DNA of 52,243 nucleotides from Betaproteobacteria bacterium (GTDB taxonomy: Bacteria > Pseudomonadota > Gammaproteobacteria > Burkholderiales > SG8-39): contig VBCM01000106.1 of the NCBI GenBank assembly GCA_005883675.1, positions 358 through 52,600 on the forward strand, given 5' to 3'. The notes under the pieces were generated by a model. That model saw only the letters and a list, made by a program, of their open reading frames with translations. It made no database searches and was not told the origin of the DNA. A program made the translations under genes and the position numbers. Every line of letters begins with the position of its first letter. Position 1 is the first letter of the stretch. This document shows positions 8,819 through 16,706 of the stretch, piece after piece.

Positions 8819-9985
8819 GTGCACCGGCCGCTACCGCTTGCGTTCCTGCTGGTTTCGCTCGTTGCCTCGGCGCAGCCGTATTACCCGGACGCCGTCTGGC
8901 AGCGCAAGAACCCGGCGGAAGGCGGCGTCGACGCTCAGCGGCTGAAGGAAGCGGTGGACTTTGCCGTCGCGGCCGAGTCGAAGAATCCGCGCGATCTCAC
9001 GCTCAATCATTACCAGACCTTCGGCCGCGAGCCGCACGGCAACCCGATCGGCCCGATCAAGGACCGCGGCGAGCCAACCGGCGTGATCGTGCGCCGCGGC
9101 TACGTGGTCGCCGAATGGGGCGAGCCGCGGCGCGTGGACATGACGCACAGCGTGACGAAGAGCTTCCTCTCGAGCGTGGCCGGCGTCGCCTACGACCGCG
9201 GCCTCATCCGCAGCATCGACGACCTCGTGCGCGACTATGTGCCGCCCATCCAGGAGCAGGGCAAGCGCGAGCTCCGGTACTTGTTCGATACGCCGCACAA
9301 CCGCCAGATCACGTGGAACCACTTGCTGCGCCAGACGAGCGACTGGGAGGGCACGCTCTGGGGCAAGCCCGACTGGGCCGATCGGCCGAGCGACAAGCCG
9401 CAGGAGTGGCTGTCGCGGCCGCGCAATGCGCCGGGCACGGCGTACAAGTACAACGACGTGCGGGTCAACGTATTCGCGCTTGCGCTGCTCAATGTATGGC
9501 GCCGCCCGCTTCCCGCCGTGCTGAAGGAAGCGATTATGGATCCGATCGGCGCCTCGACCACGTGGCGTTGGTACGGGTACGAGAACTCCTGGGTCGTGCT
9601 CGACGGCGAGCTCGTGCAGTCGGTCTCGGGCGGCGGGCACTGGGGCGGCGGCATGTTCATCGACGCCTACGACATGGCGCGCTTCGGCGTGCTCACGCTG
9701 CGGCGAGGAAAATGGAAGGACCGCCAGCTCATCTCCGAGCAATGGGTGCAATGGGCGCTCACGCCCACGCCGGTGCAGCCGAGCTACGGCTTCATGAACT
9801 GGTACAACAATCGCGACCGCAAGCTCCTGCCGAGCGCGCCGGCGAGCGCCTTTGCGCATCTCGGCAACGGCACCAACATGATCTACGTCGATCCGGAGCA
9901 CGACCTCGTCGCGGTGGTGCGCTGGATCGAGCGCGGCGCGCTCGACGAGTTCGTCAAGCGCCTGCTTGCGGCAATGAAACAGTAG
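8819..9985 (+). CDS. serine hydrolase, beta-lactamase/transpeptidase-like family
   Basis: Signal peptide and the SxxK motif (HSVTKSF), 388 aa. GTG start. Confidence 0.75.
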   Translation: MHRPLPLAFLLVSLVASAQPYYPDAVWQRKNPAEGGVDAQRLKEAVDFAVAAESKNPRDLTLNHYQTFGREPHGNPIGPIKDRGEPTGVIVRRGYVVAEWGEPRRVDMTHSVTKSFLSSVAGVAYDRGLIRSIDDLVRDYVPPIQEQGKRELRYLFDTPHNRQITWNHLLRQTSDWEGTLWGKPDWADRPSDKPQEWLSRPRNAPGTAYKYNDVRVNVFALALLNVWRRPLPAVLKEAIMDPIGASTTWRWYGYENSWVVLDGELVQSVSGGGHWGGGMFIDAYDMARFGVLTLRRGKWKDRQLISEQWVQWALTPTPVQPSYGFMNWYNNRDRKLLPSAPASAFAHLGNGTNMIYVDPEHDLVAVVRWIERGALDEFVKRLLAAMKQ

Positions 9986-9990
9986 TGCGT

Positions 9991-10242
9991 CTAGCGCTTG
10001 TGCCGGGTAGACCGGCTGAATAGCTCGAGGATCGGCCGGCAGCGCTCCTTCACCTCGTCGGCGCTGTAATGCACATCGGGTCCTTCGATGAGCCACACGT
10101 GCTGGCCGCCGCGCAGGACGAGCGCGGCAGCGTGGAGCGCGTCCTGCTCGGTGGAGAAGTGCACGGGCACGAGGCTGCCGAGCCGCTGCGGCGTGAGCTC
10201 CGGCGGCGCGGCCGCGATCGCGTAATAGAGCGCGTAAGGCAT
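9991..10242 (-). CDS. small hypothetical protein
   Basis: 83-aa ORF with protein-like (non-shadow) composition. No family recognised. Confidence 0.4.
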   Translation of the reverse strand: MPYALYYAIAAAPPELTPQRLGSLVPVHFSTEQDALHAAALVLRGGQHVWLIEGPDVHYSADEVKERCRPILELFSRSTRHKR

Positions 10243-10318
10243 GCGCCAAAACTTATCGCCGCCGGTCCGCCGCGGCGATGACGTTTTGCTCGGCGCGTGG
10301 AAAAGACATCCGTCCGGC

Positions 10319-10678
10319 TCATGCCGGCGGTTTTCCGCGTCGCAACTCCCGTACCGACCGTAAAAGTCGGACCAACGCGCGGGCGCCCTCGGGGGTCGCG
10401 TCCCACGTGCGAAGCGCGGCCTTGATCACCGCCGCCTTGGCCGCCGGCGCCGGTCCTTGCGGCCGGCGCGCCTTTGCCTGCGCGGCATAGGCGACCAGCA
10501 CCCGGACGTTCGGGGAGATGCGCTGGAATTGCCCGCGCAGGAGCCGCGACACCTGGCTCTGGTGGATTCCCGTGTCGGTGGCAATGCGCACCGTGGAGGC
10601 GCGCTCGCGCAAGCGCTGCAGGGCGCGCCTCGCGGCCGCCAGGTCGGCGCTGCCGTTTTTGACATCTCCTTGCATCAT
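10319..10678 (-). CDS. XRE/Cro-like helix-turn-helix protein
   Basis: 119 aa from the MMQGDV start, with the HTH segment VRIATDTGIHQSQVSRLLRGQ. It is divergent from the FHA gene. Confidence 0.6.
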   Translation of the reverse strand: MMQGDVKNGSADLAAARRALQRLRERASTVRIATDTGIHQSQVSRLLRGQFQRISPNVRVLVAYAAQAKARRPQGPAPAAKAAVIKAALRTWDATPEGARALVRLLRSVRELRRGKPPA

Positions 10679-10698
10679 GCATATCGTATCGCATATGC
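10679..10698. promoter_or_regulatory. inverted repeat GCATAT-N8-ATATGC in an AT-rich divergent promoter region (candidate operator)
   Basis: Read directly from the sequence. It lies in the 51-bp spacer between the HTH gene and the FHA gene. Confidence 0.35.
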
Positions 10699-10729
10699 AA
10701 ATTGAATAACCACAAAAAAGGGGTAGGCC

Positions 10730-11623
10730 ATGGGGGTAGTCGAACGCGCATTGAAGAAAGAGATCGAGGCCACGGCGCCTCGCCGCACCACGGTGCTTTA
10801 TGCGCGCGTGGACGGTGGAGAACGCCTGCGCGCGCAGGCGGCGCGGCGGCGCGTGCGCTGCGTCGCCGGGCTGAGCCAGGCGGCCGAACTGAGCGGGGGC
10901 CGGGTGCTGGAGAAGCAGGCGCACGCGGTAATGGCGCTCTTTGCGAGCCCCGACGCGGCGACCGCGGCGGCGGCGCGCATGCAGGCCTACGCCGAGGCGG
11001 GCGGCCACAAGCCGGCCGACATGCAGGTGCGCATCGGATACCAGACCGGCACGGTGACACAGCAGGGAACCCGGGTGCGCGGCCAGACAGTCGACCTGGC
11101 GCTCGAATTTTCCAGGCACGCCCGCGATGGCCAGATCGTCACGTCCGCCGACACGGCGTCCACGCTCAGCCCGAGCGTGCGCACCGCGCTGCGGCCGTTG
11201 GCTTCGGTGGCCGTAATCGACGGCCAGGTGCTGCGCGAAGTCGCGTGGCGCGACGCCGGGAGCCGCATCCTCGCCGCACAGAAAAGCGCCGCCGCGCCAC
11301 AGCCGGGGGCGCTGCGGCTTTCTTATCGCGGCAAGATCGTGCTGCGGCGCCGCGACAACGACTTCGTTACCTTGGGCCGGGATCCGGGGATGGACATCGT
11401 GATCGGCGAGTCGACCGCGTCACGGCGCCACTGCGACATCGTGCGGCGGGAGGGCAAGTTCGTGCTGCGCGACCACAGCACGAACGGCACCTTCGTGACG
11501 ATCGAGGGCGAGGGCGAGGTCCATCTGCATGTAGCGACGCTCATACTGCGGGGGGCCGGATGGATCGCGCTCGGCCTGTCCGGGGATCTGACCGAGGAAG
11601 TGGTGCGCTACGCCTGCGAATGA
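10730..11623 (+). CDS. FHA domain protein with an N-terminal degenerate class III nucleotide-cyclase-like domain
   Basis: The C-terminal FHA core is VTLGRDPGMDIVIGESTASRRHCDIVRREGKFVLRDHSTNGTFV. The N-terminal half has a cyclase-like layout (TVLYARVDG...AVMALF...VRIGYQTG) but lacks the metal-binding Asp pair. Confidence 0.7.
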   Translation: MGVVERALKKEIEATAPRRTTVLYARVDGGERLRAQAARRRVRCVAGLSQAAELSGGRVLEKQAHAVMALFASPDAATAAAARMQAYAEAGGHKPADMQVRIGYQTGTVTQQGTRVRGQTVDLALEFSRHARDGQIVTSADTASTLSPSVRTALRPLASVAVIDGQVLREVAWRDAGSRILAAQKSAAAPQPGALRLSYRGKIVLRRRDNDFVTLGRDPGMDIVIGESTASRRHCDIVRREGKFVLRDHSTNGTFVTIEGEGEVHLHVATLILRGAGWIALGLSGDLTEEVVRYACE

Positions 11624-11703
11624 GGCGGCGCGGGGCGCTATTGCGGTAGGAAGGCCTCCGGGCCATCCGTGCGACGGACAGCCCGGAAGCGAAACAGCGT
11701 CGC

Positions 11704-12144
11704 CTAGTCGCGCCGCTCGGTCGAGCTGCTGCTCGGGGACGAGGTGCTTGGGCTGGAGCTGCTCGGAGACGAGCTGCTGCCGCTCGAGGCCGAGCCGCTG
11801 CCTGACGCGCTGCTGTCACTCGAGGCGGAGCCGGTGCCCGAGCTACTCGGGGTCGCGCTGCTGCCACTCGATGCGCTGCCCTTCGGGCAATCGGGGCCCG
11901 TGCAGCTCGGCGAGCTAGAGCCGGCCGAGGTGCTGTCTGTCGCCGTCGCGGAGCTGCTCGTGCTGCCCGAGGCGGAGCTGCTCGAGCTCGGCGTGGAGGG
12001 CGTGGTCGTCGTCGTGCCGGTGGTGGCGCCGGCCGAGGTACCTGTCCCCGCGCTGCTGCCGCTGCCTGCACTGCTACCGCTCTGTGCGCACGCCGCGCAC
12101 ACCAAAGCCGCCGCGACCGCGGCGCTGATACCTTTCAGGACCAT
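11704..12144 (-). CDS. Ser/Gly/Thr-rich low-complexity putative lipoprotein
   Basis: AAGGAGA sits 7 nt upstream of the ATG. The signal peptide ends in ...LVCAAC, and I count 57 Ser in the mature part of about 125 residues. Confidence 0.65.
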   Translation of the reverse strand: MVLKGISAAVAAALVCAACAQSGSSAGSGSSAGTGTSAGATTGTTTTTPSTPSSSSSASGSTSSSATATDSTSAGSSSPSCTGPDCPKGSASSGSSATPSSSGTGSASSDSSASGSGSASSGSSSSPSSSSPSTSSPSSSSTERRD

Positions 12145-12224
12145 ATGGCTTTCTCCTTTGCGTTGATCAAGGCACTACGAGTCTGACCCCCGAGCAAGCG
12201 AAGTGCCCGTGTCATGGAAAACGC

Positions 12225-13568
12225 TTAGTGAGCTAGGCCGTTCTTGGCGTCCTGGAGGAGCCGGTTCCGCACGAAATGAATGTGCTGGCGCAGGACATAG
12301 AGCTGCTCGGCCGCGGAGGCCGGCAATTTGCCAGTGACGATGCGCCGATCGATCTCGTCGAGGCGCTTGAGCAGATCGGCGCGCTGCTCGCGCGTCGTAT
12401 CGCCAAACGCCATCCGCTCGAGCGCCATCAGCTCGCCGTAGCGCTGGTAGATGCGCGCGTTGATGCGCCACTTGTAAAGCATGGGCACGAGCTTGAGGCC
12501 GGGGATCAGGATGACGGCGAGCGGCACCAGCACGATCGCGATGCGATCGACGAGGCTCGCGAGCCAGAACGGCAGGTGCCGGTAGACGAAGCTCTTGCCG
12601 GACTTGTAGTAGCGATTGGCGTCGTCGCTCACGCGGTACTCATGCTCGAGCGGCGCCGGAAATTCGCCCGCCTTCTGCAGCAGCGTGGCGCGACCGTGCA
12701 CCTCTTGCGCCGCCTGGATCAGCATGTCGGAGAGCGCCGGATGCAGGCCCGGCCGCGCGATGATCTCCACCGTCGGCGCCACCATCGTCAGCGTTTGCGG
12801 CGGCGTGTTCTTCCCAAGGTCGAGCGAGCCCGGCGGCAGCGCGAGCTTCGTGAGATAGCGAAAGCGCCCCACGTACGCATCGCCCTGCACGAAATCGAAG
12901 AGCCGGATGCCGCTCGTATGGATGAGATCGCGCATCGTGGCCGGCGTGGCCGAGTCGCCCATGACGAACGCGGCGTCGACCTGTCCTTTTACGAGGGCGT
13001 CCTGCGCAGCCTTGCCCTCGAGGTCGACGAGCTTCGATTTACCGCCCGCTTCGATGCCATTGGCTTTGAGGAGCGTCTCCGCCAGCACGCGCGCGCCGCT
13101 TCCTTCGCGCCCGATGGCGATTCGCTTGCCGTCGAGTTCCGAGAGCAGCTTGATCGGCTGCGGTGCGCGATAGAAGACGAGCACCGGCACGTAGAACACG
13201 CTGCCGAGCGACACGAGCTCATTCGCATCGCCAAGGCTCGCGATACCGCCCTGCACGAAGCCCACGTCCACCGTGAACTGTTCATCGCTTAGGCGCTTGA
13301 GGTTTTCCAGCGAGCCCTGCGACGGCAGGATTTTCAGCTTTACTCCTTGCCGGGCAAGGATCTTCGCGTAGCGCCCCGCGTAGACCTGGAACATGCTGCC
13401 GTCGGCGCCGCTCGTCATCACGATCGTGTCGGGCGGCGCCGGCTGCATGAAATGCAGTCCGAGCCACACCACCGCGATCAGCAGCAGCACGAACGGCCCG
13501 TACGTCAGCGCCGCGTCGCGCCACGAGACTTGCGAGATCTTGAGGCGAGGGAAGAGGCGGTTGCGCAC
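12225..13568 (-). CDS. TAXI-family TRAP-type solute-binding protein with N- and C-terminal membrane segments
   Basis: 447 aa. NMT1/TAXI-like core (IVMTSGADGSMFQVYAGRYAKIL...GSLENLKRL...VDVGFVQGG). GTG start with GAGG upstream. Confidence 0.7.
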   Translation of the reverse strand: MRNRLFPRLKISQVSWRDAALTYGPFVLLLIAVVWLGLHFMQPAPPDTIVMTSGADGSMFQVYAGRYAKILARQGVKLKILPSQGSLENLKRLSDEQFTVDVGFVQGGIASLGDANELVSLGSVFYVPVLVFYRAPQPIKLLSELDGKRIAIGREGSGARVLAETLLKANGIEAGGKSKLVDLEGKAAQDALVKGQVDAAFVMGDSATPATMRDLIHTSGIRLFDFVQGDAYVGRFRYLTKLALPPGSLDLGKNTPPQTLTMVAPTVEIIARPGLHPALSDMLIQAAQEVHGRATLLQKAGEFPAPLEHEYRVSDDANRYYKSGKSFVYRHLPFWLASLVDRIAIVLVPLAVILIPGLKLVPMLYKWRINARIYQRYGELMALERMAFGDTTREQRADLLKRLDEIDRRIVTGKLPASAAEQLYVLRQHIHFVRNRLLQDAKNGLAH

Positions 13569-13576
13569 GTTAATCC

Positions 13577-14455
13577 TCAGCCTTCGCGCTGGCGCTCCTC
13601 AAGTAACCAATCTCGGACAAGTATTGCGTTCGCCGACAATCTATCCTTTGGCCAGACCAGATAGGTAGCACCGTGGGCGGGCACGGCGAGTTTGAACAGC
13701 CTCACCAGCTTGCCTGCGCGAAGATCCGCCGCCGCGATGCTGCTTCTCGCGAGCGCGATGCCCCGGCCATCGACCGCTGCCTGCAGCAGCAGGTTGGAGT
13801 CGGTGAAGATGACGCTGTGCGGTTCCTTCAACCGCACGCCCGCGGCGCGAAACCAGGGCGTCCACGGCTCGTCATTGGAGCGCATCAGCTGGAACTTGCC
13901 GAGCTCCGCAGGATGCGCAGGCAGCCGTCCACGGTTGAAGCGCGGGCTGGCGACGGGGAAGTACTCCTCATCCATGAATTTGTGAGCTTCCAAGTCCGGC
14001 CAGCGGCCGCTGCCGATGCGGATCGCCAGGTCGACGTCGTCACGCTGGAAATCTACCAGCGTGTTCGAGGTGTGGATGTTCACGGCGATGGCCGGATGGC
14101 GCTGCATGAAACGTCCGAGCCGCGGCATCAGCCAGCGTGCCGCGAAGGACGGCAGCATGCTCACCGAGACGGCACGGTCGTGCTCGGAGCGCCGGACAAA
14201 CTGGGCGGCCTCGGCGAGGTCCTGCAGCGCGGCGCGCACGCGCTCGGCGAAGTGCCGGCCCGCTGTGGTCAGCACCACGCGCCGGCCGTTACGCAGAAAG
14301 AGTGCCGCCCCAAGGGCACGCTCGAGCGAACGGACCTGATGGCTGACGGCGCCATGCGTGACCGAGATCTCGTCTGCCGCACGCGAGAAGCTTTGCAGGC
14401 GCGCTGCCGCCTCGAACGAGCGCAGCGCGCTGAGCGGCGGAAGGTTGCGGGTCAC
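13577..14455 (-). CDS. LysR-family transcriptional regulator (GcvA-like)
   Basis: The N-terminal HTH LPPLSALRSFEAAARLQSFSRAADEISVTHGAVSHQVRSLE is typical of the GcvA subgroup. Confidence 0.9.
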   Translation of the reverse strand: MTRNLPPLSALRSFEAAARLQSFSRAADEISVTHGAVSHQVRSLERALGAALFLRNGRRVVLTTAGRHFAERVRAALQDLAEAAQFVRRSEHDRAVSVSMLPSFAARWLMPRLGRFMQRHPAIAVNIHTSNTLVDFQRDDVDLAIRIGSGRWPDLEAHKFMDEEYFPVASPRFNRGRLPAHPAELGKFQLMRSNDEPWTPWFRAAGVRLKEPHSVIFTDSNLLLQAAVDGRGIALARSSIAAADLRAGKLVRLFKLAVPAHGATYLVWPKDRLSANAILVRDWLLEERQREG

Positions 14456-14462
14456 GATCGCT

Positions 14463-14479
14463 TGTGAATATAGCTCACA
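14463..14479. promoter_or_regulatory. LysR-type box TGTGA-N7-TCACA (contains T-N11-A)
   Basis: Perfect dyad 8 bp upstream of the LysR start codon, in the divergent spacer. Confidence 0.5.
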
Positions 14480-14572
14480 TAGAAGGAAAAAACATATCGC
14501 TTTTCGCCCTGCTCAGGCGCGCCTACCATGCGGGCGCGACGCTTGAACACAATTCACAAAAGGGAGTGCGCC

Positions 14573-14737
14573 ATGAAACGGGTCGATGCCAAGCAGCAGC
14601 TCGGTGCCTTGATGGTGGCGATGGGCATTACCGTTTCGATTGTCTGGGCCCTCTCCAGCTACGCCTACGGCGAGAAGCCGTCAGGCGGTTTTTCTCCCAC
14701 GGCGAACCGGATCGTTCAGGCGCGAGCTTGCTCATGA
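14573..14737 (+). CDS. small membrane protein (54 aa), translationally coupled to the GST gene
   Basis: AAGGGAG upstream of the ATG and one TM segment (LGALMVAMGITVSIVWAL). Its TGA overlaps the GST ATG (ATGA). Confidence 0.45.
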   Translation: MKRVDAKQQLGALMVAMGITVSIVWALSSYAYGEKPSGGFSPTANRIVQARACS

Positions 14738-15408
14738 ATGTATCGCTGACCCTGATCATCGCCAACAAGAACTACTCATCCTGGTCGATGCGCTCCTGGG
14801 TGCTGATGCATGCCCGTGGCATCCCCTTCGCCGAGCGCATGCTCAAGTTCGAATCGACAGAATGGGACGAGCAGATCGGCACGCTGTCACCCTCCGGACT
14901 CGTGCCGGCTCTATGGGAGGGCGAGCCGGGCGCGGGCTTCGTCACCTACGACACGCTCGCCATCGCGGAGCGGCTGCACGAGCTTTTCCCCGAACACGGG
15001 ATCTGGCCGCGAGAGGCCAGCGCGCGCGCCCGCGCACGCTCGCTCGCCGCGGAAATGCACTCGGGGTTCGGGGCAATGCGGGACGCGATGCCCATGAACA
15101 TTCGCGGTCGCTACCCGGGTAAGGGCATGAACGACTCGGTAGCAAGGAACATCGCACGCATCAGCGCGATCTGGGCGGAGGCGAAACGGCCCTTTCTTTT
15201 CGGAGACTTCTGCGCGGCGGACGCCTTTTATGCGCCGGTCGCGACGCGCTTCATCACCTACGGAGTGGAGTTGCGCGGACCCGCCAAGGCATACCAACGG
15301 GCGCTGCTCGATTCCCCGCCCGTGCAGGCGTGGAGCGCGGCGGCGTCGAAAGAGACCGAATTCGTCGCCGCGGACGAACCCTATGCTTCTGAGCGAAAGA
15401 GAGCATAG
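14734..15408 (+). CDS. glutathione S-transferase family protein
   Basis: 224 aa with a GST-like N-terminal thioredoxin-fold segment (NKNYSSWSMRSW...GLVPAL). Confidence 0.8.
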   Translation: MNVSLTLIIANKNYSSWSMRSWVLMHARGIPFAERMLKFESTEWDEQIGTLSPSGLVPALWEGEPGAGFVTYDTLAIAERLHELFPEHGIWPREASARARARSLAAEMHSGFGAMRDAMPMNIRGRYPGKGMNDSVARNIARISAIWAEAKRPFLFGDFCAADAFYAPVATRFITYGVELRGPAKAYQRALLDSPPVQAWSAAASKETEFVAADEPYASERKRA

Positions 15409-15531
15409 AACCTAATCGGCGAATTCGTACTCCTTCCGGTAGTACTCGTATCAGCTGCGGGTCGGTCTGTCGCGCGGCAGGTGCTCGGATAGGAACTTGA
15501 GCTCGCGAGCATTTCCTCGGCGCGCGAGGCG

Positions 15532-16701
15532 TTAAGGTAAAGGTCCATCAGGCGCCAACGGTATACAACCGCGAGTCCCGGCCAGGGGACTCTGCGTGTC
15601 GCGGCTGAGAAAGCGCCGCAGCAGTTGATGGCTGCGGTGACAGTGACTAGCCGCATAACGGGGGCGATAGCTATGACTCAAGGTCCGGCGGCGATCACTG
15701 GTCACTGCAATAAAGCTGCAACACAGGCATTTTGAAGCGGCCGGCGCGAGAACCCATTGCGCGCGCAGCTCCGGCGACGCGAGCACGCCGGCGGCGAGCT
15801 GGCTGCCGTGCGTTGGCGGATTGGAGTAATTGGTGCGCACGATGCGCTTGAGCTGCGAGAGCACGCGGGCCGCTTCCTCAGGGCTCGCGGTGACGAGGCT
15901 GAACGCGCCTACGCGTTCGCCATATAGCGAGAGCGACTTCGAGAAAGAGGTGGACAGGAACACCGGGCTCATCGCGCCGCCGAAGAGCCGCGCCGCGAGC
16001 GCATCGGCGTCCAGTCCGTCGCCGAAGCCCTGGTAGGCGAGGTCGAGGAACGGAATCAATCCCCGCCGCTGCACGATGGCGAGGATCTCGGACCAGTGCT
16101 CCGGCGAGAGATCGACGCCGGTCGGGTTGTGGCAGCAGGCATGCAGCACCACGATCGCGCCGGCGGGCAGCCGGTCCAGGGCGCTGCGCATGCCGGCGAA
16201 GTCGAGGCCATGCGTCTTCGGCTCGTAGTACGGGTAGCTGCGCACCGTGAACCCGGCGGCTTCGAAGAGCTGGCGATGGTTTTCCCAGCTCGGGTCGCTG
16301 ATCCAGACCTCCGAGAGCGGCGTGATCTGCCGCAGGAAGTCGGCGCCGATCTTGAGCCCGCCCGTGCCGCCGATCGCCTGGACGGTGACGATGCGCTTCT
16401 CCCTGACCGCGGCGAACTCTTTGCCAAAGACGAGCTCCTGCACTGCCCGGTCGTAGGCGGCGAGACCGTCGATCGGCAGGTAATTGCGCGGCGGCGCGGC
16501 TTTCAGGCGCTCGCTTTCCGCGCGCCGCACGCATTCCAGCAGCGGCACCTTGCCCGCGTCGTCGTAGTAGACGCCGACGCCGAGGTTGACCTTCTTCGGA
16601 TTCGGGTCGGCAACGTACGCCTCCGTGATGCCGAGGATCGGATCGCTCGGTGCCATCGGCACCTGGGCAAGGAGCGACGGCGAATGAGGTGCGTTCATCA
16701 A
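15532..16701 (-). pseudogene. tyrB: aromatic-amino-acid/aspartate aminotransferase (TyrB/AspC class), C-terminal ~80 aa replaced by unrelated sequence
   Basis: Homology is clear from [13 protein letters not shown] through the PLP lysine (SFSKSLSLYGERVG) to ELRAQW at about 15754. After that the ORF reads junk (VLAPAASKCLCCSF...). Confidence 0.75.
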
Positions 16702-16706
16702 TTAGA

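Noticed and set aside
8831-10249. Very long ORFs antisense to or overlapping the called genes. Examples are 8831-10249 (472 aa), 10050-11060, 26013-27008, 38172-39659 (495 aa), 40083-41813 (576 aa), 43503-44933 (476 aa) and 49632-50816.
   Set aside because: They are Arg/Ala/Gly/Pro/His-rich shadow ORFs, typical of the non-coding frames of high-GC genes. Each lies opposite a gene with clear family motifs, and none has a recognisable domain or ribosome-binding site.
11744-12166. 140-aa plus-strand ORF with ELLG/ELLP repeats opposite the Ser-rich gene.
   Set aside because: It is the complement of AGC-rich serine codons. The minus-strand ORF has an AAGGAGA ribosome-binding site and a signal peptide, and the plus-strand ORF has neither.
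15409-15531. In-frame TGA in ARELKFLSEHLPRDRPTRS*YEYYRKEYEFAD* as a possible selenocysteine site or a small toxin/antitoxin ORF.
   Set aside because: There is no start codon or ribosome-binding site, no SECIS-like hairpin that I can see, and no family resemblance. It is too short and ambiguous to call, so it is reported only as unassigned filler.
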